Shown: positions 52,028 through 59,957, counted from the stretch's first letter. The stretch: 64,000 nt of DNA from Bacillota bacterium (GCA_016280895.1 JAEEHM010000060.1:2338-66337), one strand, 5' to 3'. Numbers and translations: made by a program. The notes: generated by a model not told the origin, from the sequence alone.

Positions 52028-55000
52028 TTTCTACTATGCTCCATTTAGATAATATTTTTTCTTTTTCATCAATTTGGTAATAGTTATTATTTTCGTTATC
52101 ATACTTCCATTTTTTCTCATCAAAACAATCAATAGTTTTAATAATTTGACCTTCGCAAAATGGTTTATTAGCAAATAACTTAGAGCGTACTCTAACTATT
52201 TCATTAGTTCCATCATTTAATCTATAAAGATATACGGTTCTTTTTTGTTTTCCTTCTATTTTTTGAACAAACGCATAACAGGGTTGTATTTCGGGAATTG
52301 TAATTTGTATATAACCATAATGTATTTGTTGATATGATATTTTTTCAATAAGACTAGTTTTGGGATAATTAATAACATTGCATATATTTTTGATTAATTC
52401 TAAGCTATCAAAGTCTTTAAACATTTTCTCTGTTTTATTTTGTGAACATTTTTGAAAAGATTCTACTGGCAATTTTAATTCATATATTTTGTCAATCTTA
52501 AATTGTTTTTTCCCGTAAATTAATGTAAAGATACGAGTATATTCCAACAATTGATTTATTTCACCAAATTCAGAAAAGAAATCTAGCTTAATTAATACTT
52601 CTAATTGTCTAGAATTAACTGTTGTTTTATTTTTTATATCACTGAGTAAATCAATAAATGTAATGTAATTATTTTTAATTCCTAATTCATATAATTCATC
52701 TGCGATTTTAATATTAAGATATTTAATTGAAGCAATACCTTTATATATTGAATTTGTTTTTTTATCGCATGAATAATAGGCTTGAGATTTTCCAAATTTA
52801 ATTGGCAAAATATTGATTCTAACTTTTTTTGCATATTGTGTAATTGCAAGTGTTTTGTCTTCTTTATCCCGAAAAATATTAAAAGAAGCAGTTAAAAACT
52901 CAAGTGGATGATAATAACGTAAATAACCACATATATATCCAATGCAACTATAACTATCTGAATGATTCCACGAAAAAGCATATGCACTTGCATCTTTAAT
53001 ACCTTGTTCAATACTTGGAAACATTTCTTCTAATCTATTGATTGGTTGATGATAAACAGTATTTGAATGTTCAATAAATCTTTTATGTATTTCATCCACA
53101 AATTGCTCAGTACCATATTTTTTAGCGACACCTCTACGAACTGTATCACTTTCTGCATCTGAGTATCCACAAAATTTTACTAGAAATTGCATTATATCTT
53201 CTTGCATTGTTATATGACCGAATGTACTAGCCAAATAATCGTCAAATTCTTTAAAATTTGTTTTTAAAATCTCACCGTTTGCAATGTTATCTCTAAAGGA
53301 GGCACATCCCGGTCTGATTAAACCATTTCCAAATGAAAACCATTTGATATACGAAAAGTTTGTATTGTTTTTTTTTGCAATTTGCAAAGTTTTATCAGAC
53401 ATAAATCTTTTTAAATATGCTTGTGCGCTATCACTTTCCCATTGAAAAATTAAAGTAGTATCATCACGGATAGATTTCCAAACATTTTCATCATTAAGGT
53501 CAGTATTATCCGGTATCAATCGCTCTATATTAAGTAGTTTACATGTATCATTTATTATACCTATATTATCTAGACCAAGAATATCTAGCTTAACATACAT
53601 AAGCGCATCTAATTCTTTCATATTAAGCATTGATACTGGATATTTTGAAGTTGCTAACGAACATAAGCCTATATCTTCGTATAAGTTTTTATCACTAACT
53701 AAAACCCCACTAGGATGAGTTCCAATTGAAACGACTGTTCCATTAACTATATCTACATATTCAAATAATTCAGGATATTTTTTTCTTAGAGTTGTTTCTT
53801 CATTTTCAACTCTATTACATATATCATTAACTTCTTTCAATGAAATATTGAGCGCTCTTCCCACATCACGAATCGCCCCTTTAAGTGCTATCGTATTGAA
53901 TGTGATTATTTCGGCTGATTGAATTTTGGGAAGATTCATATGGTCGTGTAATAAAAAGTATTTAACTTTATCTCTATCTTCGCTAGAATAATCCGTATCA
54001 ATATCGGCATTAGTTACTCTACTAGGATTCATGAATCTAAAAAAATTTAAACCAAATTTAAGGCTGTCCATTTTAGTGATATCTAGTGCATATGCAATTT
54101 CAGAACCCGACACAGAGCCTCGACCATATCCACATTGAATGCCCTGAGACTTTTCCCATTCTCGCAAATAAGTTTGCAATAACATAAAATCAATTGATTG
54201 TGTTTTTTTATAAACCTCAAGTTCTTCATTAATAACTTGTTTTATTTTTTCTTTTGAATATCTTTTTTTCAAATATGGATGTTTTTTATATGCTTCGTTT
54301 ATCTTTTGCTTAAAAGTTTCTTCCGGATTGTCATAAATATGTGGATATTTAGTATTTGTATCTAATTTATATTCTTCTATGCTATCCACTATTTTGTTGG
54401 TATTTTCAATAGCAGCATAATAATCTTCCCCGCTTAAAGCTCCTTGCTCTTTGAATGCCAATACCAATTCATCATATGTTTTATATATTAAATCCCAGTC
54501 GTTTTCATTTTCAAAGTATATATTTTTACTTTTTTGAAGTATTTCTCTTCCTTTTGCATGTTGCTCATTTAATGAATGTGTGTCTGTACAAGCAACTAAT
54601 TTTAAATTGTATTTATGTGAAAGTTTGGCAAGATATTTGTTGAATTCTATTTGTTCTAAACAATTATGATGTTGTACTTCTAAATAACATCTATCTTTAT
54701 TGGTTATAATAAATTTTATAAATCTTTTCTTTAATCCATTTGTTCCTTTTGATAGAATACCAGCTAAACAAGCTGTTAATATGATGATATTATCAGAAGT
54801 GTTTATTAATTCTTCAAATGTAATTCTTGGTGAGTAATAATAATGATTACTTTCTCCATAACAAATAACATCTGCTCTATTAAATGATGAGGAAATTAAT
54901 CTATTTAATTCTTTAAATCCTTCATAATTTTTGGCTAATAAAATACAATGATAATTGTCACGTATTTTCTCATTTAAAGATTCGGTAATATATGCTTCAA

Positions 55001-55214
55001 TACCATGAATATATTTAAATCCAGCTTTTTCTAATGCAAGTTTCTTTTTATACCAGTTAAAAATATTACCATGTTCAGTAAAAGTAATATTGTATATTCC
55101 ATCTTCTTCTTTTGAAGCCCGTTCAATATATTGTTCATATTTTGTTACACTGTCTATATTTGTAATACCACTAGATAATTCTGTATGACAATGTAATATA
55201 GAATATTTTTGCAC
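52020..55214 (-). CDS. DNA polymerase III alpha-type replicative polymerase (PHP + Pol IIIa core), GTG start
   Basis: N-terminal PHP motif ILHCHTELSSG...GIEAY and palm motif NADIDTDYSSEDRDKV. 1064 aa. AGGGGGA SD before the GTG. Confidence 0.9.
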   Translation of the reverse strand: MQKYSILHCHTELSSGITNIDSVTKYEQYIERASKEEDGIYNITFTEHGNIFNWYKKKLALEKAGFKYIHGIEAYITESLNEKIRDNYHCILLAKNYEGFKELNRLISSSFNRADVICYGESNHYYYSPRITFEELINTSDNIIILTACLAGILSKGTNGLKKRFIKFIITNKDRCYLEVQHHNCLEQIEFNKYLAKLSHKYNLKLVACTDTHSLNEQHAKGREILQKSKNIYFENENDWDLIYKTYDELVLAFKEQGALSGEDYYAAIENTNKIVDSIEEYKLDTNTKYPHIYDNPEETFKQKINEAYKKHPYLKKRYSKEKIKQVINEELEVYKKTQSIDFMLLQTYLREWEKSQGIQCGYGRGSVSGSEIAYALDITKMDSLKFGLNFFRFMNPSRVTNADIDTDYSSEDRDKVKYFLLHDHMNLPKIQSAEIITFNTIALKGAIRDVGRALNISLKEVNDICNRVENEETTLRKKYPELFEYVDIVNGTVVSIGTHPSGVLVSDKNLYEDIGLCSLATSKYPVSMLNMKELDALMYVKLDILGLDNIGIINDTCKLLNIERLIPDNTDLNDENVWKSIRDDTTLIFQWESDSAQAYLKRFMSDKTLQIAKKNNTNFSYIKWFSFGNGLIRPGCASFRDNIANGEILKTNFKEFDDYLASTFGHITMQEDIMQFLVKFCGYSDAESDTVRRGVAKKYGTEQFVDEIHKRFIEHSNTVYHQPINRLEEMFPSIEQGIKDASAYAFSWNHSDSYSCIGYICGYLRYYHPLEFLTASFNIFRDKEDKTLAITQYAKKVRINILPIKFGKSQAYYSCDKKTNSIYKGIASIKYLNIKIADELYELGIKNNYITFIDLLSDIKNKTTVNSRQLEVLIKLDFFSEFGEINQLLEYTRIFTLIYGKKQFKIDKIYELKLPVESFQKCSQNKTEKMFKDFDSLELIKNICNVINYPKTSLIEKISYQQIHYGYIQITIPEIQPCYAFVQKIEGKQKRTVYLYRLNDGTNEIVRVRSKLFANKPFCEGQIIKTIDCFDEKKWKYDNENNNYYQIDEKEKILSKWSIVEND

Positions 55215-55242
55215 TTAATATATCCCCCTATAATTGTTATAT

Positions 55243-55285
55243 AAATAAAAAACCCTCTGTATCTATATATTCTAGATACAGAAGG
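55243..55285 (-). terminator. rho-independent terminator (minus strand), just upstream of the polymerase start
   Basis: The minus strand reads CCTTCTGTATCTA-GAATATA-TAGATACAGAGGG followed by TTTTTTATTT. The single imperfect pair is G-U on the minus strand but C-A on the plus strand. Confidence 0.65.
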
Positions 55286-55305
55286 TTTATATATAATTAT
55301 AATTG

Positions 55306-55314
55306 TGCTATAAT
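55306..55314 (+). promoter_or_regulatory. extended -10 promoter of toxin cassette 1
   Basis: TGcTATAAT. The predicted +1 (about 55322) coincides with the start of the 5' complementary arm. Confidence 0.5.
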
Positions 55315-55397
55315 CTCTCTTGGGTATTACTAACAGGCGGTTGCCTCTTCACAGAAGAGGTTTTCACCTCTTCGAGTATTCAAGGAGGTGATGTAAA

Positions 55398-55487
55398 ATG
55401 GTTTCTTATAATGAATTGTTTTTATTTGGTACGATGCTAATTAGCTTTGCAGCCCTCATTATTACAATTTGTAATAAAAAGAAATAA
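55398..55487 (+). CDS. type I toxin candidate 1 (29-aa hydrophobic peptide, BsrG/holin-like-toxin style)
   Basis: MVSYNELFLFGTMLISFAALIITICNKKK. GGAGG (55384-55388) lies 9 nt upstream. Opposite strand to all neighbouring genes; paralogs at 56899 and 57227. Confidence 0.6.
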   Translation: MVSYNELFLFGTMLISFAALIITICNKKK

Positions 55488-55564
55488 CCGCCCCGGTCTG
55501 TAAACTAGGCGGTTATCTTTTCATAATCACTTATGTAGGCAACCAATGTTGGTAATGCCTTTCT
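55472..55564 (-). ncRNA. candidate antitoxin antisense RNA 1 (ends approximate)
   Basis: Predicted start about 7 nt after the minus-strand -10 (55571-55576). Hairpin AACCGCC/GGCGGTT (55486-55514) is followed on the minus strand by ATTTCTTTTTATT. Overlaps the toxin 3' UTR and last codons. Confidence 0.4.
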
Positions 55565-55570
55565 TTTATT

Positions 55571-55599
55571 ATAATATCATTTAAATATTATTATTGCAA
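55571..55599 (-). promoter_or_regulatory. convergent promoter for antisense RNA 1
   Basis: Minus strand: TTGCAA (55599-55594), a 17-nt spacer, then TATTAT (55576-55571). Confidence 0.5.
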
Positions 55600-55606
55600 A
55601 TTTTAT

Positions 55607-55774
55607 CTATTCAGACACTATTTCCACCGAATTTTTAATAATCTTAAAGTCGAACCAGTTCGGTTCGTTTTCCTGTTCAATATATAATAATCCCTTATTA
55701 ATAGCTTCTTCATAACTATCTGCTAAAACTTTAACGTGGGTTGTTCCTTTAATATTCATTTCCCATTGTTTCAT
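55607..55774 (-). CDS. small hypothetical protein (55 aa, below cutoff)
   Basis: MKQWEMNIKGTTHVKVLADSYEEAINKGLLYIEQENEPNWFDFKIIKNSVEIVSE, with AAAGGGGA SD. Confidence 0.45.
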   Translation of the reverse strand: MKQWEMNIKGTTHVKVLADSYEEAINKGLLYIEQENEPNWFDFKIIKNSVEIVSE

Positions 55775-55804
55775 TATATTAATCCCCTTTCAAACAATTT
55801 ATTA

Positions 55805-56707
55805 TTAATCGTCTTTATTTTCGCTATCATATTGTCCATATTTAATATATGTATCTTGTCTTTTATCATATGCAACAGTCTTATTTTCTTTTCTTCTATC
55901 TTCATGGACATCTAATTTTTTATAATGCTTTTCATATAATTCTTGGACATCTGAATTTCCACCTAAAAGATTTATATAAGAATAATAATCAATTTCAATT
56001 TTTTCTCGTTCTTCGGGTGTTACGAATCCATTGTTTAAACAATTATACAAAGTTTTTTTCAAACTAATTTTTTTATCATTCTTTTCTGATTCTTGTAATT
56101 TTGCTAACAAATCAACTGTTTCATTACATTTATCAGTAATAACATTTATTTTACTCTCATGTTCTTCTTGAACTTTTTTAATGTCATTAATAGTATTTAC
56201 AATTATTGGTCTAAAATCATTTGAATTAACTATATCGTGATTAATTGCTCCTTTAATTTCCGCTATATCTTGAATTGTATTAACTGTATGAGATTCTGAT
56301 AAATTTACTTTATTAAATATTGCATCTGTTTCTTTTGGAATTAATATCCAATCATCAATACAAATTGCTATGATTTGACCTAATAACGGTACAAACAACA
56401 TATTTAAAATTATGTTTCCACTTGTTGTATTAATCATTAATAAAAAAATGTATGAAACAATAAATGAAATAATAATTTCCAAACCGATATGATTTAATAT
56501 TATTCCTCTTTGTTTAATAAATTTTTCCTCTTTAAAAAATTTTATTTTTGCACTTTTAAAAATTAATAAAGTTCTTAGAAAAAACATTATAAGTAATGAA
56601 ATACATAATTCAATTGATACTGTTAAAGCAACTGTTCCTGAATTTGTTATTTTTCCCATATGTTCAAGAAAAGAAAAAATTTTTTCAATAGTCATTTTTG
56701 TCACCAT
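55805..56707 (-). CDS. membrane protein of unknown function (3-4 TM N-terminal half, soluble coiled C-terminal half)
   Basis: 300-aa ORF with hydrophobic helices in residues about 25-120. Flanked on both sides by the toxin cassettes. Confidence 0.5.
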   Translation of the reverse strand: MVTKMTIEKIFSFLEHMGKITNSGTVALTVSIELCISLLIMFFLRTLLIFKSAKIKFFKEEKFIKQRGIILNHIGLEIIISFIVSYIFLLMINTTSGNIILNMLFVPLLGQIIAICIDDWILIPKETDAIFNKVNLSESHTVNTIQDIAEIKGAINHDIVNSNDFRPIIVNTINDIKKVQEEHESKINVITDKCNETVDLLAKLQESEKNDKKISLKKTLYNCLNNGFVTPEEREKIEIDYYSYINLLGGNSDVQELYEKHYKKLDVHEDRRKENKTVAYDKRQDTYIKYGQYDSENKDD

Positions 56708-56740
56708 CCAAAGTTTTTGTGTCTCTCTATATATATTCTC

Positions 56741-56773
56741 AAAACAAAAAAAAAGATACCTTCACAGGTATCT
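56741..56773 (-). terminator. rho-independent terminator (minus strand)
   Basis: The minus strand reads AGATACC-TGTGAA-GGTATCT followed by TTTTTTTTTGTTTT. Overlaps the -35 of the cassette-2 toxin promoter. Confidence 0.65.
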
Positions 56774-56789
56774 AAATGTTTGCTATAAT
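56761..56789 (+). promoter_or_regulatory. promoter of toxin cassette 2
   Basis: TTCACA, a 17-nt spacer, then TATAAT with an extended -10 TG (56781-56782). The predicted +1 (about 56797) is the start of the 5' arm. Confidence 0.55.
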
Positions 56790-56898
56790 CGTATACGAGC
56801 TACCAAGATGGTAGGCGGTTAGCCTCTAACTAGGGTACTGATAACCCTATTCAAGATAATTCGTCTTAGAGCGAAAATACTTGTTGAGGTGAATGTTT

Positions 56899-56988
56899 AT
56901 GAGCGATTATGAACTCTTATCATTGATATTAATGATTCTTGCAATCATTATTCCATTGATTATTGAACTAATAAAAGCAAATAGATAA
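56899..56988 (+). CDS. type I toxin candidate 2 (29 aa)
   Basis: MSDYELLSLILMILAIIIPLIIELIKANR. GAGGTG (56886-56891) lies 7 nt upstream. Confidence 0.55.
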   Translation: MSDYELLSLILMILAIIIPLIIELIKANR

Positions 56989-57071
56989 GCCGCCCTTGTC
57001 TGGAAAATATAGGCGGCTTTCTAAAGCTAATTTTGTTTTTCTGGCTAACCGTCTACTGGTAGCTCTTTTGT
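56970..57071 (-). ncRNA. candidate antitoxin antisense RNA 2 (ends approximate)
   Basis: Starts downstream of the minus-strand TATTAT (57083-57078). Hairpin GCCGCC/GGCGGC (56989-57017) is followed on the minus strand by a U-rich stretch. Confidence 0.4.
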
Positions 57072-57077
57072 ATATAT

Positions 57078-57106
57078 ATAATAATCTTAATAACTAAACT
57101 TGTCAA
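57078..57106 (-). promoter_or_regulatory. convergent promoter for antisense RNA 2
   Basis: Minus strand: TTGACA (57106-57101), a 17-nt spacer, then TATTAT (57083-57078). Confidence 0.6.
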
Positions 57107-57112
57107 ATCATA

Positions 57113-57142
57113 TTGCAAAACCATTATTTTGTTTGTTATAAT
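57113..57142 (+). promoter_or_regulatory. promoter of toxin cassette 3
   Basis: TTGCAA (57113-57118), an 18-nt spacer, then TATAAT (57137-57142) with an extended -10 TG. The predicted +1 (about 57150) is the start of the 5' arm. Confidence 0.55.
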
Positions 57143-57226
57143 CTTGCATGAGCTACCAAGATGGTAGGCGGTTAGCCCTCGCCAGAGGGTGTCTATCCCC
57201 TCTGAATATAAAAGGGGGTGATGCTA

Positions 57227-57313
57227 TTGGTTACACATGGTGAAATGTTTACATATACACTAGTTTTAATCGGTTTAGCAACATTGGTTTACAATGTGAC
57301 AAAAAAGAAATAG
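57227..57313 (+). CDS. type I toxin candidate 3 (28 aa, TTG start)
   Basis: (M)VTHGEMFTYTLVLIGLATLVYNVTKKK. A TTG start 8 nt after GGGGG gives an N-terminus that aligns with copy 1 (MV[ST][YH]xE[LM]F). The ATG at 57221 is too close to the SD. Confidence 0.5.
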   Translation: MVTHGEMFTYTLVLIGLATLVYNVTKKK

Positions 57314-57387
57314 CCGCCCTATCCTGATAAGCTAGGCGACTATTGTTCCTATTTATCGGGCTAACCGTCTATCGGTAGCTCTTTTGT
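57300..57387 (-). ncRNA. candidate antitoxin antisense RNA 3 (ends approximate)
   Basis: Starts downstream of the minus-strand TATTAT (57399-57394). The minus-strand hairpin AGUCGCC/GGCGGCU is followed by AUUUCUUUUUU. The same hairpin has a C-A mismatch on the + strand. Confidence 0.4.
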
Positions 57388-57393
57388 ATTTCT

Positions 57394-57421
57394 ATAATAT
57401 CATAATTATTTAATTTTGCAA
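57394..57421 (-). promoter_or_regulatory. convergent promoter for antisense RNA 3
   Basis: Minus strand: TTGCAA (57421-57416), a 16-nt spacer, then TATTAT (57399-57394). Confidence 0.5.
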
Positions 57422-57423
57422 AT

Positions 57424-57723
57424 CTATTTTATGTCTCCATTCATTTTAGCATTAAATAAGGCCCCTAAATATTCTTGTGGATTATCTTGGGCTTTTTCCA
57501 TAGCAGCTCTTTCAGTTTTTAATGTATTAAGTGTATTTTTATAAGTAGGTAAATTCGCAACTTTTAATCTCATATCAGATATTTCTTCTTGAGTGCAAAT
57601 ACCTTTCGCAATTAGTAGCTGTAAAATTACTTGTACGTCCATAGCTATTTTTAGCATAGCTTCTTGTTCTGATATTCGAGACAGAGCTTTGTCAGGATGG
57701 TAATAATCGTTATTGTTTAGCAT
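57424..57723 (-). CDS. hypothetical protein (99 aa)
   Basis: Helical ORF immediately downstream of the AlbA_2 gene on the minus strand. Confidence 0.4.
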   Translation of the reverse strand: MLNNNDYYHPDKALSRISEQEAMLKIAMDVQVILQLLIAKGICTQEEISDMRLKVANLPTYKNTLNTLKTERAAMEKAQDNPQEYLGALFNAKMNGDIK

Positions 57724-57794
57724 AAAGTAATTTCCTCCCGACGATATTTTCTATGGCTTTTTCATTTGATTTCTCCATTATGCCCCCTTATATT

Positions 57795-59066
57795 CTATTT
57801 TAACCATTCTTCACCATTTCTTGAATTTATATTATACTTCGTTGCTCTAGCCTGTCCTTCAACAGCAATTATATTTCGCTCAACTAACGAGTTTAGTATC
57901 TCTATCGCTTTATGACGTTCAAGCTCCATTGCATCTTGCACCTCTGTTCTTGATGTCCATCCGTGCTCTTTTAAATAGTCATATATTTTCTGCTCAATCG
58001 CATCTAGAACTATGCTTTCAACTGTAGGCAGGATAACCGTTATCGAGTTTTCATATACATCAAACTTCGGTTGCGCTATAAAATCTTTGTACAACTCCTT
58101 AATTCTAAGAATTCCTGTTCCAAATTTTTCTATCAGTTTTAATCTAAAAAACACATCTGCTAAAATCGGATTTCTTAATGATGAATACTGACCGTTTATA
58201 AATTCTTCTCTAGTTATTCCGTTTGGGAGTCCACCCGGGGAAATAACCTCAATGCAATCCGAGAACATTTTAACCCTAATATCCGCATTGATATTCCACC
58301 GCCTATGAACCATGGCGTTTGCTATAGCTTCTCTGAATGCTTCTCTAGGTACTTTTTCAAAATTTTCACGACGTGTCCCTTCTATGCGCTCCACAACATA
58401 ATAATCTTCAAACATTTTTTCAATTTCATCAAACTGCTTTAAAATAGAGCCTTCTTTAACAGTAACTCGCTTTTCCAATTCGTTTATCGACTCTCCAAAC
58501 TTAACCGCATCTATCCCCACACCTTCTAAACTATCAGACAGCAAATACGCGGCCAGATTATATTGGTTCTTCGCATTATAGAGCCGTAACGTTTTTAGTA
58601 TATCTAACGTCAATTTTTCTATTTCTATGACTTGCTTTAATTTCTTTTCTAGATATTCAAATGTCAAATCCTGTTTGTTAGATTTGGTCTCTTCAAAATC
58701 TATATTTTGTCCTTCGATAATTAAATTTTTTAATTCATATGTATCAATTTCTACAGTGGATGTATCGCTTCTTTTATAAGCTTTGCTTTCGTAAAAATAC
58801 GGCTTATTCATCCCTTCAAATACATTTAGAATCAATATATTTCCATCTATATCTAATTCATAGTTTGGAACCGGACGTATATTCCCATTAATCATCTCCT
58901 CTACTCGAAGTTTGTTGGCGCCCAATTCGTCAATCCCAACTTTGTTCCCCTCGTCATCTATTCCAAAATATATTTTTCCACCAGAGTAATTGGCGAAGGC
59001 AGACACGGTCTTTAAAAAACTCTTACTGATTTTTTCTTTGTATTCAGTATTTTTGTTTTCAGGCAT
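57795..59066 (-). CDS. AlbA_2 (Schlafen-like) + HATPase_c_4 + wHTH protein ('RecG-like ATP-binding' family)
   Basis: The N-terminal ENKNTEYKEKI...LKTVSAFANYSGGKIYFGIDDEG fits the AlbA_2 pattern. RNPILADVFFRLKLIEKFGTGILRI fits HATPase_c_4. The C-terminus looks like a winged helix. Confidence 0.75.
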   Translation of the reverse strand: MPENKNTEYKEKISKSFLKTVSAFANYSGGKIYFGIDDEGNKVGIDELGANKLRVEEMINGNIRPVPNYELDIDGNILILNVFEGMNKPYFYESKAYKRSDTSTVEIDTYELKNLIIEGQNIDFEETKSNKQDLTFEYLEKKLKQVIEIEKLTLDILKTLRLYNAKNQYNLAAYLLSDSLEGVGIDAVKFGESINELEKRVTVKEGSILKQFDEIEKMFEDYYVVERIEGTRRENFEKVPREAFREAIANAMVHRRWNINADIRVKMFSDCIEVISPGGLPNGITREEFINGQYSSLRNPILADVFFRLKLIEKFGTGILRIKELYKDFIAQPKFDVYENSITVILPTVESIVLDAIEQKIYDYLKEHGWTSRTEVQDAMELERHKAIEILNSLVERNIIAVEGQARATKYNINSRNGEEWLK

Positions 59067-59118
59067 AATTTATCTCCATTTATTATATTAATCGTTTCGG
59101 CCAATTTGTACGATTACT

Positions 59119-59148
59119 CGAATCGTCCGATAATCTCAGGACGATTCG
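59119..59148. promoter_or_regulatory. 10-bp perfect inverted repeat upstream of the AlbA_2 gene (operator candidate)
   Basis: CGAATCGTCC (59119-59128) pairs with GGACGATTCG (59139-59148), 10 nt apart. Confidence 0.45.
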
Positions 59149-59234
59149 TTGCTATTTATTTATATTATAATCAGTCTAGTCCTTTTTCACAAGCATATTT
59201 TATTAATTTATCGGTGTTTTGTTAACCAATAAAT

Positions 59235-59477
59235 CTATAATTTTCTAACATACAAAGCATTTCTATTGTAGTGTTCATAATAGTCAATAAATTCTCCTAA
59301 TGTTAGATAAAATTTCCGAAAACAATCTCTCCAATCAAAATCTAGTTCATATAATTGACCTTGCCTTATTTGAGCATAGCGTTTCATATCTACTATATTT
59401 ATGTGGGGTTGCTCTACAACGCACTCGTAAATATAACAGTAGTCTTTAGATACACGTGCAACAACATAACTTTTCAT
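59235..59477 (-). CDS. hypothetical protein
   Basis: 80-aa ORF in the minus-strand early operon. Confidence 0.4.
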   Translation of the reverse strand: MKSYVVARVSKDYCYIYECVVEQPHINIVDMKRYAQIRQGQLYELDFDWRDCFRKFYLTLGEFIDYYEHYNRNALYVRKL

Positions 59478-59479
59478 TT

Positions 59480-59752
59480 TTATAACTCCTTTAAATATTT
59501 GTTTGCTTTTAAATTAGGATACTTACATAAGTTTTCTTTTATGATTAATTTACATTTTTCGTTATCTGATAATTCCTTTATTTCATATAAAAAACTTATT
59601 ATTTGACCTATATCAAAAATATAATTCTCTAACCAAATTATACTTTTTGAAGATGATTTTGCAATTATGTTAGAATGTTTATATTTTATTTCTTGAAATA
59701 TTAATTCTATTGTATCTAAATACGGAGTAAAACCATCATAAAATATATTCAT
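59480..59752 (-). CDS. hypothetical protein
   Basis: Start moved to the ATG at 59752 (MNIFYDGF..., AGGAGA SD). This removes the 70-nt overlap implied by the ORF-track start. Confidence 0.4.
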   Translation of the reverse strand: MNIFYDGFTPYLDTIELIFQEIKYKHSNIIAKSSSKSIIWLENYIFDIGQIISFLYEIKELSDNEKCKLIIKENLCKYPNLKANKYLKEL

Positions 59753-59765
59753 TTTATATTTTCTC

Positions 59766-59957
59766 CTACCATTCCCTCGGTGTCTTACCTCTAAACATAC
59801 AACCTTTGTATTCTTCTCGAAATGGACAGCCTTCACAAGTCGGAAATTCTACGCAAAAATCTTTGATTGCATTTAATTGTAGTATCTGCCTTGTTAGATG
59901 TCTAGGAATATTATCATAATTGTAATTTAACCAAGTTATAAATCTATTTATTACCAT
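59766..59957 (-). CDS. small Cys-containing protein
   Basis: 63 aa with a CVEFPTCEGCPF...GC motif. Overlaps the upstream nuclease gene by 7 nt. Confidence 0.4.
   Translation of the reverse strand: MVINRFITWLNYNYDNIPRHLTRQILQLNAIKDFCVEFPTCEGCPFREEYKGCMFRGKTPREW

Noticed and set aside
55322-57381. The three small-ORF cassettes read as MITE-like transposable elements, because of their terminal inverted complementarity.
   Set aside because: The complementary arms begin exactly at the predicted transcription start and coincide with a terminator. Each unit carries promoters on both strands, an SD and a conserved peptide ORF, and no target-site duplications are visible. An RNA-level explanation fits better.
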